From positions 558,001 to 622,000 of the forward strand of contig JAAOMT010000295.1 of the NCBI GenBank assembly GCA_016748015.1: a stretch of DNA of 64,000 bases, given 5' to 3'. Positions within the stretch are counted from its first letter, which is position 1. Every line of letters starts with the position of its first letter. The DNA comes from Geosiphon pyriformis uo1. Taxonomy: Eukaryota > Fungi > Glomeromycota. Below the pieces are notes generated by a model that worked only from the letters and a program-made list of their open reading frames with translations, did not search any database and had not been told where the DNA came from. Position numbers and translations under genes: made by a program. Of the stretch, positions 47,880-62,123 are shown one piece after another.

Positions 47880-50800
47880 ATTTTGGATCAGTTTATAACA
47901 GGATTAAAAGACAAGTTAATCAAAAAAGTTCACCCATATGTGCCAGAAGACTTAACAACAGCCATTAGACATGCAAAGAATTATGAAATGGCAATAAAAG
48001 AAGCAAATTATACCAAACTTGTAAATCTTGCTATTGGAGAAACCAGTTTAGCAGCTGAAAAAAAAATAGACCAATTCACAAAAAAAGTTGAAAACTATTT
48101 TACTAACCAATAACAGCAACAACAGACACAAAGATATCAACCACCACAATGATAAAACCAAACCAACTACTCATCATTATCAAACAGTCAAAACCAAAGT
48201 TTTCATTATTGTGGAATTCTAGAATATTGGAAACAAGATTGCAGAAAGCTACAAAGAGACCAACAAAACAGGAGTAATTAGTGTTACTCTTTAACACAGC
48301 AATCTCATTACCAGTCTTTACTACCAGTCTACTATTTCTCAAGACCTCAATAACAAAACAATTACTATTAATCTGCCCCACAGCAGCAATATCAACAATC
48401 TCTACTAATCCAACAGTATTAACAACCACCTACACAATAATACCAAGTACCTGCTTAAAGATTGGTTTAACAAAACCAATTTACACCTCAAAATCAATTC
48501 CAAAATAACAACAACAGAATCAATCCAAACAACTAGTTGGTTTCTCGAAATTCTGGTCAACAAAGATCCAATCACTACCACACTCAACCCAGTTATCTTA
48601 CAATGCCTGAAAAATTGGATTTTCAACAAACTGCACTTTTTGAAAATAAAGTTGCAGGACTACAATCAAATCCTTCCAACAATACTATTCTATCAGCTCA
48701 AATTGCCCAAAATGCCAACCTTTCAGATATATTCCCATTCGGATTTGAAGCAAATGAATTACCATTCTTGCTTAGCAATGCAGCAGTCAATGAACAAAAA
48801 GCAATTACAGTAATATATATTAAAGCAAAAGTTAAAGGAAAACCCATTCAGTTAATTTTAGACAGTAGATCAGTTAGAAGTATTATCATCTACCAACTAA
48901 TACAACAGCTTGGAAGAAATGTTAACAGACCAGCTCAAACTGTCATTGTTATAGCTAATGGCATGAAAAAGACTCCAGTAAGAAAAATTGATAACTTTCT
49001 ATTCATTATTGACAGAATTACCATTCCAGTCAAAGTTCTGATCATGGATGTACCACAATACCAAGCTCTGGTCGGAAATAATTGGCTTTTCAAGACCAAT
49101 GCAAACTTAGATTGAAAAACTCAGGAATTAAAGATTTCATACCAAAAACAATACACCAAAGTATCTGCCATCTGTGGTACTTTCAATAAAAAATCTAAGA
49201 AAGTCCCAGTATTCAAATTTGAAGAAGAAAAAGAACTACCAGTTACTAAAACCTTTATGGCTCTTGAATCAACATCTAATTTGGACTGAAGAAACAGAAC
49301 AAGAAATTTTTGAGGAGACCAGAAGATAAAATGTTATTTAATACTCTACACCAAAACTAAAGAAACAACCACCCTATATTCCACTCAAATGCAGAGATTG
49401 TAAAAAAAAACTTTTATCAATGAGAACATGTATTTTTTCAGAAAAAGAATATGAAACTTGCACCTGTTATTACTGTAAAGCATGCCATAGAGAACGATTT
49501 GGATATCCCAAAAGAAGTGGAAAATGGAACAACACTTCTTGTTTCACATGTAGAAATATGCTACTAGAAGAATGCAACTGGATTGATGTTGCAATAAGAG
49601 AAGGAGTATGTGATCAAACCTGCCAATATGCTCTATCAATCTTGGAAAAAGTTAGAAAAGGAACATTATTTAATGCAGCATACAATAGCACTTTTAACAA
49701 ACTCTATTACTATTCTTATGATGCTGAAATGATCTTTAATCTAGCAATGGCTTTAATTAATGGAGCCACACAAAAAGATGTCTGTTAAATGAAAGAAGCT
49801 GAGTACATTGAATATACAATGAAATTAGTTGGATTCAACTATGAAGATGAAGTAGAAACATACTATCAAATCACAAGTCACATATATTCAACCCAAGAAG
49901 CTCAAATTCAATGATTAGAGCAAATGAACATTCAATTGTGTGAAAAATACATCATGCCTTGTAATAACAAATGGTGTCCAAAATGCTATGCTTTTAGCAT
50001 CCCCTTACTCAGTGAAAATAACCAAGAAGAAATCGAATTTGGAGAACATAAGCCAGAAGAAAAAAAAACAACAATTCCAATCTATCTTACTGAAAACCAG
50101 TCTGCTGTACAACTCAAATACTTTGACAACAATGGAAAAAGAATAAAACCAAAAAAAGCCCACGAAATTAATGCAGAATATGATCTAAGATATCCTGGCA
50201 AAGATACTTTAATTCTCCAACCAAAATTCTTAACCAAAATCAACCTTAGAATTGCTCTTAAAATACTACTAGGAGCAATGGTACAAATTGCTTCCCAATC
50301 ATTATTGGCAAGCAAAGGAATCAATATTAGAGAAGAAGTCATAGATGTAAAATATATTGGAAACATTACTATTATGTTACAGAATGAAACAGACAAACCA
50401 TTTAGAATTGAACATGCTGAAAAAATTGCCCAAGCAATTTATCTACTCTTAATCAAAATTTTGGGTTTACAATCAATTAACAACAGAGAACAGTTGGGAA
50501 AAAGTAAAAGAAGAATGCAAGGTTTTGGTTCAATTAGATGATTTACAGTTTCAGTAAATATAGCTCTTGATGCACAGAATAAATCTTACCAGATTTTTCA
50601 ACTTCCTCAACCAATTACTATTTTATTTTTTGGAGAACATCACGAAATTTACACTTGCTCAAAACCCACTACTACCCAACAAATCTTTGAATCCAATGAA
50701 CAAATCTGTTTAAAACATGAAATCTCAATTCCAAATGTTTATATTCCCAAAGGAATGAAAAAATTTCAAGTTACATTCTATAACCCCAACAATTACTCTA

Positions 50801-52377
50801 TTGTCTTATTGAACAAATTAAAGATTGGAATCATACACAGCAGTATCTTCCAAGATGAAAACCCTCAAATTGTCTTTAATTTCATCGAAATTATAAGACA
50901 TACACTACTTCCAAATTCAAATATTATCTCTACTACTAAAAACTACCACCTTTTGAAAGAAAAACTCTCTTAAATTAACATGGGTCCCTTAGAATTTCAA
51001 CAACAAAGACAATTGAAACAGCTAATAAATTTGCTGACATATTTGCAAAAAACAACAATGATCTTGGAAAAACTGATATTGTTCAACATCAGATTCACAC
51101 AGAAGATGCTCTACCAAAATGTTAACAAACTTATCAAGTGCCACCTGCCAGACCAATTTATTAGAGAATAAGTTCAAAGAATGCTCAATAATGGATTGAT
51201 TCAACCATCAAGAAGTTTTTGGGCCTCACCAATAGTTCTTGTTAAAAAAAAAACGGAAAAATCAGATTCTGTGTAAATTATTGTCAGCTTAACAGTGTGA
51301 CAATTGGAAATGTCTATTCTCTGCCAAAAATTGATGACATGCTAGATGCTCTGGGAAAAACCAAGTTCTTCTTAACTTTAAACTTAAAAAGTGGATACTG
51401 GCAAGTTGAAATGGACCCAAAAGATCGACCCAAAACAGCATTTACCATTCAAAGAGGAAACTATAAGTTCAATGTTATGCCTTTTGAACTCTGCAATACA
51501 CCAGCAACATTCTAGTGACTCATAAATGTTGTATATAAAGGACTTTTATGGCAGTTAGTAGTTGTCTATCTTAATGACACTGATGTGTACTCATCAAACT
51601 TTGAAGCTAATCTCAGTCACCTGCAAGAAATTTTTCAATAATTACAGAAAGCAGGATTAAAGTTAAACATTGAGAAATGTTACTTTAGAAAAACAAACCT
51701 AATCTTTCTTGGATACATTGTTAGCAAATATGGGTTCAAACCAAACCCTGAAACAATTAGTGCTGTCAAAAACTTTTAAACACCCAAAAATACCACAGAG
51801 CTATGAAGATTTGTAAGATTAGCCTTATACTATCAGAAATTCATCAAAAAATTCTCAAAAATTGCCAAACCACTTAATTATCTCACCAACAAAAATGTGC
51901 CATACAAATGGACTAAAAAACAACAGAGAGCTTTTGAAACTCTCAAAACAAAATTAACAACAGCTCCAGTTTTTGCTTATTCAGATTTCAACACAGTTTC
52001 AACTAGTCACTGATGCTTTACACATAGTATTTGGTGCCATTCTATTACAATTAGATAAAAATAGCCAGAAGCAAGTTATTGTCTATGCTAGTAGAACACT
52101 TAAACCAACAGAACTTAAATACAGCTCAACTAAATTAGAAGCTGCTACAGCCATTTGGGCTATTAAACATTTTCAACAATATCTAAAGAATGAAAAAGAA
52201 TTTAACATCATAACTGACAATATTGGTCTCAAATGGCTTAACAAAAAAAAAACTGAACAAAGTGTCAAACAATCTCAATAGAATGACTTTCTAGCAAATT
52301 ACAAATATATTGTACACCACAAACCAGGAAAACTACACACTAATGTTGATAGTCTTTCAAGAATGAGACAAAATTAA
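47880..52377 (+). pseudogene. D polyprotein continued: gag C-terminus, protease, Cys-rich domain, dUTPase, RT, RNase H
   Basis: ORFs 47883-48113, 48537-49115 (LILDS), 49420-49788, 49924-50541 (YDL, ASQSLLASKGI, IAQAI, MQGFGS), 51297-51515, 51973-52281; stop after DSLSRMRQN. Confidence 0.9.
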
Positions 52378-52434
52378 CACCAACAACAAATCCACTACAA
52401 CTTACCAACTTACCAACAAAATAATCAAACAACA

Positions 52435-53819
52435 ATAGATCTCAGAAATTACAACAATATTAAAAACTATTTGGAGACTTTTATCATGCCAAAAAATTGG
52501 TTTCCAAGTAAAAAACATTGATTACAGCACCAATTCAAACAATATTTCATATATTATAACAAAATCTATTACAAAAATTGCAGAAACTCAAATCAACTAC
52601 TCAGATTAATACAGGAAAATAAAAAAGAAACAATTTTATACAACATGCATACAGATCCTTCTTCAGCACACTTGGAAAGAGATGGAACAATTCAAAAAAC
52701 TCTTGAACATTACTTTTGGTCTTACATGCAAAAAAACATTCAACAATATGTAGAATTTTGTGATAGCTGTCAAAGAAAAAAAGGAACTCATTCCACAGAA
52801 TCTTTAAATCTAATCAAAGTTGGACAATCTTTTGACAGAGTTGAAATTGATTTAATCGGACCATTACCTATTACAACCCAAGGAAATCATTATATTGCAG
52901 TTGCAGTAGATTATCTCACCAAATGGCCTGAAGCTAAAGTCATCCAAAGAGTAGATGCAAAATCAATAGCAAATTTCATTTATGAAGACATTATTTGTAG
53001 ACATGGATGCCCAATTGAACTTTTATCTGATCAAAGAACACATTTTGTGAACAACTTGATACAAAAAATTTGTGAATGATTTAATGTTAAAAGACTTCTA
53101 TCATCACCTTATTACCCTCAAACAAATAGATTTGTAGAATGTTTTAATAGAACATTGTGTAAATCTTTAGCCAAAGTCTCAACAGATTTTGAGCAGGAAT
53201 GAGATATTTTTATTCCATCAGTGTTACTAGCATACAGAACACTAAAACAAGATACTATGAAACACATATCATTTGATATTACTTATGGAAAGACAGCAAC
53301 ATTACCAATTAATTTCACAGTGGAAACATACCCAGTACAACCAATCAATGAAAAAAACTTTCAAGAAACACTCCAAAGAAGAGTCTACACTCTTTTTAGT
53401 ATATTAGAAGGAAAAAAACACATAGCAGCCACCCATATTAAACATTCTCAAGCCCAACAAAAAAAAAACATGACAACAAACTGCCACCAGTTATCAACGA
53501 ATTTAAAGTTGGAAATAAAGTTCTTTTACACAAAACTAAGACTGAAAAACAATGGAATGGAAAATTTGAACATAAATAAAATGAACTATTTTATATTCAT
53601 GAAATTTTAGGTAATAGATCATACAAATTAAGACTTGATGACAAAGTACTAGCAAAAGTTATACATAGAGATAAATTGAAACACTATTATTCCAGAAACA
53701 ATTCTGAATCATTAATTCCACAAATTGGTACACACTCTCCTTTAATTAATCCTGAAGATATTTTCCGAAATTTAGAACCAATAATTATAATAAAACAACA
53801 ACCAAACTTGAATACTTAA
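52435..53819 (+). pseudogene. D stand-alone integrase ORF (presumed ATG decayed to ATA)
   Basis: ORFs 52645-53079 and 53221-53610; MH..AHL..CDSC, IDLIGPL, DYLTKWPE. Confidence 0.87.
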
Positions 53820-53979
53820 TTTAACATATTTTTACAATAATCTTTTTAATATCACACAAAAACAGAAAACAAAAATAATAAATAATTATAAGAAACACCA
53901 AACGGAAAAACAAATAAAAACCCTCACACCCAAAAAATAATTTTCTTTATTCTTTTTATTAGTTAGTCATTTTTTTATC

Positions 53980-54633
53980 ATGATTATTTCCCGAAATATC
54001 CAACAAATATCCCAAAAATTAATGTTAGCCTTGAAAACACTTTCTGACTTATCCATAACAATTAATAAAAGTCAAATTAATTACATTCAGAAAAAAACCA
54101 CAGTCCCAGTAGTAAACAATTCTCGAAATTATCACTCCTATAGAAGAAAAACAAGAAGCCACTCTGAAAATTAATTACCAGAACTTTTAAAGCAAGCACT
54201 AAAAGAAAACTTTTTATTTGCCTCTATTGACATTTCACCAAATGCCACAATTCAACAAAAACTTCTATTATTTTTTAATGAACAGAACAATGAACATACC
54301 CTTATATATAGATATTTCCATATTGAAAAAACACTTTATAAACGAAAACTGAAACTTGAAACAACCAACATTACTTCTAAGACTATACAAAAACAAATTC
54401 ACAATGAATTCAAGACAGCAGCTGGACTAACAAACACTCACTACAAACTTAGAGCAGCATTTAGACTCTATGAGTTATTCAACACTTATGAAAACATTCT
54501 ACAAAATCTAATACTTTATCCAATAAAGATTCAATATATTGGAAAGCTCACAGAACTGAAATTTCAACAATTTTCAGACCAAATCACTTCAATTATTTTG
54601 GACCACTATTTTGATATTATGAATAGTACTTGA
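53980..54633 (+). pseudogene. D ORF3 (217 aa, one internal stop)
   Basis: ORF 53980-54174 continues in frame to TGA at 54631; homologous copy at 1236-1871. Confidence 0.78.
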
Positions 54634-54667
54634 ACTTCAACAGAGCTCAGTCTTGAAGAAAAGATTA

Positions 54668-55639
54668 TATTACCAGTAGAATTTTAGCCATTAATTAGCA
54701 TGAAATTACCCTCATAATTCCTATTATTAATTAGCATACATTATTATTATTTCAATTATCACTTATTATTTAATCAAATTATCTAATATTATTACTTAAT
54801 TAATAATCTGATTTGTACCATAGAAATTAAGATGATCAAATTACACAATACCCTAAACCATTTAATATAGTTAAAATTCGTCGAAATTAATGAAAATTGG
54901 CCGAAATAATTAATAGTTCAGTGAAATAACTTGTAGTTTACCGAAATGTATTATTAGTTTACCAAAATTATAGCAAAGAGAAAAGGTCAAGTTCAAAGAC
55001 TAGTACTATAACAAGTTGTATAAAAGAGGAGCTTCTCTCTTCAAGAAAATGTATTTTCTTATAGTATTTTATCATAATATTTTACTTTAGATATCTTAAT
55101 TGAAACAAATCACCTTTTTACAAAATTAAATAAAAATTAAATATTCAAAAACCAAATCTTTTGATTATTACACTTGAAATTCCCTTAACACAAACTAACA
55201 TTTTGAAATTGATTAGCTACCAATTTCAGTAATCTGTTAGTAACTTCAGGTCTGGATAGAAAATATTTCCCTTGATAAAATTCTATTTCTTTTACATTTT
55301 TTTATTTTTTTATTTTTTTCTTATTATAATTATTAAAGTAGTTTACAGACAAAATTCTTGTAGAAGAGTTGACTTTTACAGCAAAGTAACTACACATTTT
55401 TAGTGAGCTTCTAGACAAGCAATTCCTGAGAAAGAGTTGATGTTTACTACAATGTAACTACATAAAGCAACTGGCATAAAATTGGTCATTCCACTTATAA
55501 GCCCAGCAGTTCAAATTATAAAAAATAATTTGAAGATAAATTCAGTTATTGGAGGTCCAACTACTTCTTGAGAACATGAATTCACAGCAAATTGACATTA
55601 ACAACATTCAAGAAAAAAAACCAAAAACCTCTGGTAACA
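54668..55639 (+). repeat. D 3' LTR
   Basis: t(g>a)ttaccag...ctggtaaca 9-bp inverted termini; purine tract gaagaaaaga just upstream. Confidence 0.9.
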
Positions 55640-56205
55640 GCATGATGACTGGTAATCCTCCTGATAAGCTATCTTTAATTCTTAAGTATTCTATCTTTAT
55701 TCCTGGGTCTTTTACCAATCACTTTGACATTAATAACTCTGTGCATTAATCTTTAATCAGTTAGTAAATACAACAAAAAAAAGAAAGAAAAGAAAAGAAA
55801 GAAAGAAATAAGCCAAGATAAGAAAAGTTAATATCTTGTTAATAGCCATAATTAAGAGCTATTGTTTCAGCATAATTAAGTATTGAATACTATCAACATA
55901 AAGTGTTAATAGTGAAAAGAGTAATTTAGACAGTAAATAATTATTTTATTAATATTGATAATTTTAACTAAAATGTTTTAACAGAATAATCTTAATATTA
56001 ATTCTGTTCTTTTTGTTTTTAATGTTCTTGCTATATATATATAATTTGGGTTCTATAAGATCATTCACATTTCTGAGCAATATGTTATAATTTCTTAAGC
56101 AATACTCATATTGATAAGCAATATGCTCATTAGTTAACTACTATTCTTTTATTGGTCTATCTGTTTTTTCTACTATTTTTTTGTATGCTTTTTCTATAAG
56201 TAACA
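55640..56205 (-). repeat. G 5' LTR remnant
   Basis: Matches 10970-11517; followed by TSD ATGT. Confidence 0.88.
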
Positions 56206-56209
56206 ATGT

Positions 56210-57000
56210 ATTCTGTATTATAAATTGTATTGAAGTTTTGGTTTTTTTTTGTGTCTTTATATTAAATAATTTGTTAATTAATTGTAATTTTTATTTTTAA
56301 TTTCTAATGTTTAATAAGTTAGAATAGTTGTTAAGCTAAGAAGTAAATATTGTTTGTAAATTTCATCTTTTTTGTTATTTTTGTTATGTGTATTGGTTCT
56401 TTATATACAGTTTTAAGAAATTAATTTAATGTGTTTGTTTTAATAATTATGATTAATTTCAAATTTTATAAAATTTTATCTGGTTTAATTAGTATTTTTT
56501 GTATTTTTAACTATAAAATATTACTAATAATTAATAATATTATATTGTAATATGGTTTTAATTAATTATTATGTGCTGTTTTAGTTAAAATTTTGTTGTT
56601 TTATTTTAGCTTATATGCTCTATTTCTCAATATTTTTTTAATGTGGAATGAACTATTCTATTTATGATTAAATTTGTTATGTTATTGTTTTTCTGCTTTG
56701 GTATAATATAAGAATATTTTGTCTTTAATTTTGAATTCAATTAGTTTATTTAATAATTGACTATCATATTATTTTTTTTGTTTTTTTTGTGTTCTTTATA
56801 TATTATCAACTGCTTTTTTTTTGTTTTTTAGTGTTTTTATTAAATTATATATCTTTTATAACAGAGTTCCTTAAAGATTAACTTCTGTTATTGGTTTTCT
56901 TGAATATATATGAATATCTATTTTTACTAGTAATATTATTATTTTACTATAAACTAATTTAAATAGTATTGCTTATGTAATATTTTGTTTTATTATTCAA
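56210..57000 (-). pseudogene. H ORF3 N-terminus and integrase C-terminus, extremely AT-shifted
   Basis: Colinear with B 29750-30530; ends at the IIKQNI (=RTIKQDT) motif where the LINE inserted. Confidence 0.72.
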
Positions 57001-57039
57001 TTTTTTTTTTATTAATGCATTTAATGAGTGTAGCCCAAT

Positions 57040-57619
57040 CGCTATCTAGTACATAGAACCAAACTAAGAGGCTCAAACTAAACACGACTCATGCACTTTC
57101 TACATGTGGCTAGCCATTCAGGCCAGACAAGGCAACACTACACATCTATAACTACCTGCACACTGCCACCCAGACCAGAAAAGAAACAAAAAGGCTTCCG
57201 ATGACCAAAGCTAACAGCAAAGGAATTGGCCAAACCAAGCAATCTCACAACACCGTCAGACAAAACCAAAGACACACCACAAGGGAGCCCAGAAACAACA
57301 CCAACATCACAGACCAGACNNNNNNNNNNNNNNNNNNNNCGCTATCTAGTACATAGAACCAAACTAAGAGGCTCAAACTAAACACGACTCATGCACTTTC
57401 TACATGTGGCTAGCCATTCAGGCCAGACAAGGCAACACTACACATCTATAACTACCTGCACACTGCCACCCAGACCAGAAAAGAAACAAAAAGGCTTCCG
57501 ATGACCAAAGCTAACAGCAAAGGAATTGGCCAAACCAAGCAATCTCACAACACCGTCAGACAAAACCAAAGACACACCACAAGGGAGCCCAGAAACAACA
57601 CCAACATCACAGACCAGAC
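57040..57619. other. Assembly gap (20 N, 57320-57339) flanked by an identical 280-bp duplication
   Basis: 57040-57319 equals 57340-57619; typical unmerged contig overlap. Confidence 0.85.
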
Positions 57620-60600
57620 CAGCCTTCTCCATCACCATCCAGTGGCTGGCTCTAGCCAACCATACCTTAGCATGATGTAAACCAACAACGAATCTGACAT
57701 AATCAACAATCCTAGCAGTGGCCACCTTTCTATCCTCAAAAACATTGCAAGCCTTCTCATACCACTCTTCCAGCACAAACCCTTTGCACACCAAAGTGTA
57801 CAGCCCAACATCAATGGAACATTGAGACAAAACCCACAACACAGCAAAAGCAGAGGAACCACCAGCCAAAGCTGACCAACGAGCAGAAGCCTCTGCCAAA
57901 ATTTCACCACGAACGCCAGACTCATGAACACAAGTAAAAACGTGGTCAGAGAACTCCACCTCATCGCAAAACAAACACAACACACTAGGGTAGCATTTAT
58001 CATACAACCTCTTCCTAATGGCCACCGGCAACCTCCTGTGTACAGCCTTCATAACATAAGTGCGAAGTGATGAGGATGTGCGGCTAGTGAACCCAGCAAG
58101 CATATGAGAATCAGGATGCCACACCTTCGCCATGACAACCCAGTCTATGCAACCAATTAATGCATCCGGAACTACATCACAACCAGGTCCAGCTTCCCAA
58201 CAAGCACAACGAATTGATCGAAAAATATTTCTGACAAAATGACGGGCATTACCAGAAACAGCGACACCCTCAGCAACCAAAAAATGTTCACGCACATCAG
58301 CACAAAAGGAAAAGGGAGACCCAGAGGCAGCCCCAGCAGCCAAGTCAGCTCTCACATTACCAGGAATCCCAGAGTGTCTTTTCACCTTAACCCAACTCAC
58401 ATTAAGATCCTTATCCCTGACCAAATTGAAAATATGACGCCTCTCCAGCCAGTATTGATTACGGAAATCAGGAGCAACCAAAGACATCTCAGACACACAT
58501 GCGTCAATGGCAGCCTGGCTGTTAAGACGCAACACCACAGTACTTGAAAAAGGAACACACTCCAAAGCCAAAGCGACAGCCTGTAACTCGGCCATAGTAG
58601 ATGACAAAAGACCACGAACAGCGACACCAATACTCATATCCAAGACCGGAAAGTACGCAGCAGTACCACAGGCGACCTCAGCAGAACCTGCATTCCTCAA
58701 AGACCCATCCGTGAAAACTTCAAAAGAGTCTGACCAAATGTCATGCAATCCATCTTTAACTGCAAAAAATTCCCCAGACCCCAAAATGTCCAAACCAAGC
58801 TTTTCTGCTGAGCCAACAGAACCAGAAAATGAGTAACTCTGACCTTTCAAAAACTCAGAAGAAACCATGAACCAGTGAGGCACAAGGCCACGCGGATCCA
58901 ACCTCTTCCAACGACGAAAAGTTTTCCAATCCAACAAAACACCTTTCTTATCAAAAAGTCAATTACCAAAAGCGACACCAAAACGTTTAAGAGATTTGAC
59001 TGAATCAAAATACAGAGACTTTTCAAGAACAGAGGACAACGGGAACCGACCAAGACTACGAAATGCAGTGGGGAGGTTGTTTACCAAAGTAAGCTCATTG
59101 CCCAGAAAAATCTTCACCATCCCAGCCAAAAAATTGTTCACCAGACTAACATGCAACCTGACCGGAAACTGCAAAGAATCCAAAAGAGCCCAACTAAGAA
59201 CCTGTAGGTCCAAAAACCTATGTCTAAACAAACGCCCAAGAATGCCAAAAGCATTAGAGAACACCATCAAAGCAGCAACCTTTCCTTCAGACTGCACCTG
59301 CTCAAAAGGCTTTAGGCCATACAATGAGAGATGATGCAAAACAGCATCAGGAAAATCACGAGGAAGACAAGTCTTGGACTTAAGACCCTTTCTAACCAAG
59401 ACATCCCACTTGTGACAAACATTAGATGAGACAAAACTGAACTGAGTACGATAGCTAACAATAGGCTGCAAAACAGCTGATACCAGATACAAGAATTGTT
59501 TGTCTGTAATAGTCTTCTTAAACACAACATTGACGAAGAAATGTACATCCGCATGAGCCTTGGCAACACTCGGCTTGGAGAGCCCCTCAGTCGACAGAAA
59601 AATACCCAGATACCGATGTGCTTCCCCTTTCTTGGCAATAGAGATTGGCTGACCACAAATGTTCAGTAAAGCAACTTTAACGCCCTGATTGATGGGAATA
59701 ACCACTGTCTTCTCACTATTGATAGAAATGTCGTTGATCACAAAAAATTCACTGGCAATGTTTAGAGCATATTGAGTAGAAGCCTGACAATTTCCAACCC
59801 AGATTGTATCATCGACAAACGCACCAGCTGAAAAATACAATGTCAAACCACCACTGCCCTCAATTCTGCCAGATTTCGAAACAAACTTAGTATCAATCCA
59901 GTACTCACACAATTGTTCGTGCCTTTTAACCTCACACAAGAGCGGATTGTAAAAAATCCTCCAAAGAAGTGGCAAAAAGACCTCACCCTGGTCCAGCCCA
60001 TTATGCACCTTATAACCACCAGACAAACCAAAGTCAGTCATCACCCTATTAACTCTATTCTTATGAATACCACCAAAAAACCTTATGAACCTCTTACACA
60101 TCTTGACACGCTGCAAACTAGCCCTCAAATGATGCCACCCAACTGAATCGTAAGCTTTCCGCATATCTTGCAAGACCAACCATAACTCCCTATCCTTCTC
60201 AATGGCATCCTCAATTACCGAACCAACAGCAAACACCGGAGATTGTGTTGACGTACCCTTCAGCACCGAAAAGTTGTCCCCCTGAAGAACATTGAACTTG
60301 CTACAAGCCATTGAAATATGGTCAGACAGAATCTTGGAAAGAACCTTCCTGGCAGTCTCAATCAAAGCAATGGGCTGAGTGTTCATAAGAACTCCATCCC
60401 AGTCATAAGGCTTAGGAATCATAGACACCCAAGCCCTCTTCCACAAAACAGGCACCACACCACCTGACAAACATTTATTAAACAGCGCCAACAGGCACCC
60501 CAAAACTACCTCACCACCATGTTTCCATAATTCATTAGGAACACCAGACAAACCAGCAGCTTTGCCATCAGGAAGACCATCAACAACAGAAAGTAACTCG

Positions 60601-62123
60601 CCCATATTGATTGCACTCATAACACCTGAAAAAGCATCATCCTGAACATAGTCCAAAGGTGCGTACTGACGAGCCCAAAGATCAGGAAGCACTGACTGCA
60701 CAGAGCGTTTCCTCGTCCACCCCTCCATTATTTCATCCACACTGGACTTCACCTCTTCAGGCAACAAAACCAGATCATCATCAACTATCAAGTGATCCAA
60801 CACAACCTTGCAAAAAGGCTTTTCCAACACACTCCTGATCATACTACCCTTATCCGAACAGAAATTATCCATGTGCTTCTCAATTGCCTTCCTAACTGAA
60901 GCTTCCTCAGCCAACTTTGACTCAAACATCTTCAACCTCCTGTAATCTCTACGAACCAATGACAAATTCCTAACAACAACATCAAATTTAACACCCGAGC
61001 CAACCAAATCCTTGAAAGCACAAGCCTTCGCATCATCCAGAGTCGACCATTTACTCACAAGATGATCAGTGCCCAGCAAGTCACCAGAGCAAAATTTCTT
61101 AACAATCTTGGCCACCAACAATTCCAGACCAAAAAACCTAGAAGAATGTTTGTTTCTCGAACACTTGAATTCACTAAACCAATGCCTCGAAAATGTCACA
61201 TCAGCAGAATCCACCACAGCTTCCACCAGAACTGCTCACATAGCATCCATATCACCACGTATTTCGGCACCAGAGAACACCTCACCCAAAGACAAAAGTT
61301 TAGCTAACAAGAGATCCTTAAACTTAGCCCATCCAACACAGTCAGCATTCCTGATTTTGAACTTCCAACGATCCTTATTTACCTGCTTGCGCAAACTGTT
61401 CAATTGTACATCTAGAAGCCCACCCAAACTGACCGAAACCACAACTGCCTTGTGATCAGTATCAAAGAAATCCGAAACAGAGACAACTTAATGACCAGCA
61501 ACAGCAGAAGACAAATTACCACCAACAAAAATGTAATCAATTGTTTTCCCAACCCCTCTCAAATTGCCCCATGTATAAGAATTAGCCAAATGATGACCAA
61601 CAAATGAATTGACCAAACCTAAACTCAAACAAAACTTGAAACTAGCACTCCTACCAGATCCATTCTCATTAAAGTCCCTACCCAAGACAACAAAATTGCT
61701 AAAGTTGACTGCCTTTGCAATGAGGATGTTAACTTCAGAAGCCTGACCAAATCTAGCCCCAGAGGAGGCACCAGCATACAACCCCAAAACAGTAACCGAG
61801 AGCTTGCCCTTAAACAGGAGCCAAACAGAAATAACCCGACCAGGAATCTCCTTCACCTTAGATACATGACGGGCCAAAGAAGTGTTCATAACAATCGCAA
61901 CCCCAGCACCCATGAAACCCTTATCCAAGCCGGAAGAAAATACTCGCACTCCATCAAACTTATCTTTTATCCACAGCCCAGAAGAGGACCTCAACTTAGT
62001 CTCAGTGATAAAAGAAACCATATTTCCCGAGTTCACATGCCAACGAACAACATCTGCTTGTTTCGCAAGAACATTGATACCCCGAACATTGCACATAGCA
62101 AATTTCCAAACCAAACTACTCAT
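57438..62123 (-). pseudogene. LINE ORF2 (about 1561 aa): APE endonuclease, RT, RNase H, C-terminal CCHC finger; 3 in-frame stops
   Basis: ORFs 61488-62123, 61236-61442, 58959-61226 and 57438-58937 share one frame; CNVRG, ITETK, DFN, IDYIF, DTDH; GLDQG, FVDD; FTDGS, AELQA, HSGIPGNVRAD; CLFC..H..C. Confidence 0.92.

Larger units (their letters stand above)
18522..55639 (+). mobile_element. Element D: Gypsy with dUTPase, inserted in G's 5' LTR and split by C
   Basis: 5' LTR remnant 18522-18943 equals 55218-55639; gag rejoins across C (YSNA|QILDQF). Confidence 0.88.
10787..56205 (-). mobile_element. Element G: Gypsy (B/C-like) hosting F and D; its gag/PR and part of its 5' LTR are deleted
   Basis: 3' LTR 10787-11517 and 5' LTR remnant 55640-56205 are near-identical; TSD ATGT at 10783-10786 and 56206-56209. 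Confidence 0.85.
1872..57000 (-). mobile_element. Element H: old Gypsy (B/C/G-like) 3' portion, split by A1, G and the LINE; 5' part lies beyond the LINE
   Basis: 3' LTR 1872-2349 plus 9938-10283, PPT about 10284-10298, ORF3 pieces 10297-10786 and 56210-56366, integrase C-terminus 56421-57000; pieces rejoin across TSDs ATAT (A1) and ATGT (G). Confidence 0.75.

Noticed and set aside
1-57000. Alternative genetic code explaining the many in-frame stops
   Set aside because: Most stops differ between homologous copies and derive from CAA/CAG/CGA/TGG by transitions, alongside frameshifts: this is decay, not recoding.
57040-57619. Tandem duplication of the LINE 3' end
   Set aside because: The copies are identical and separated by a 20-N gap: most likely an assembly artefact.
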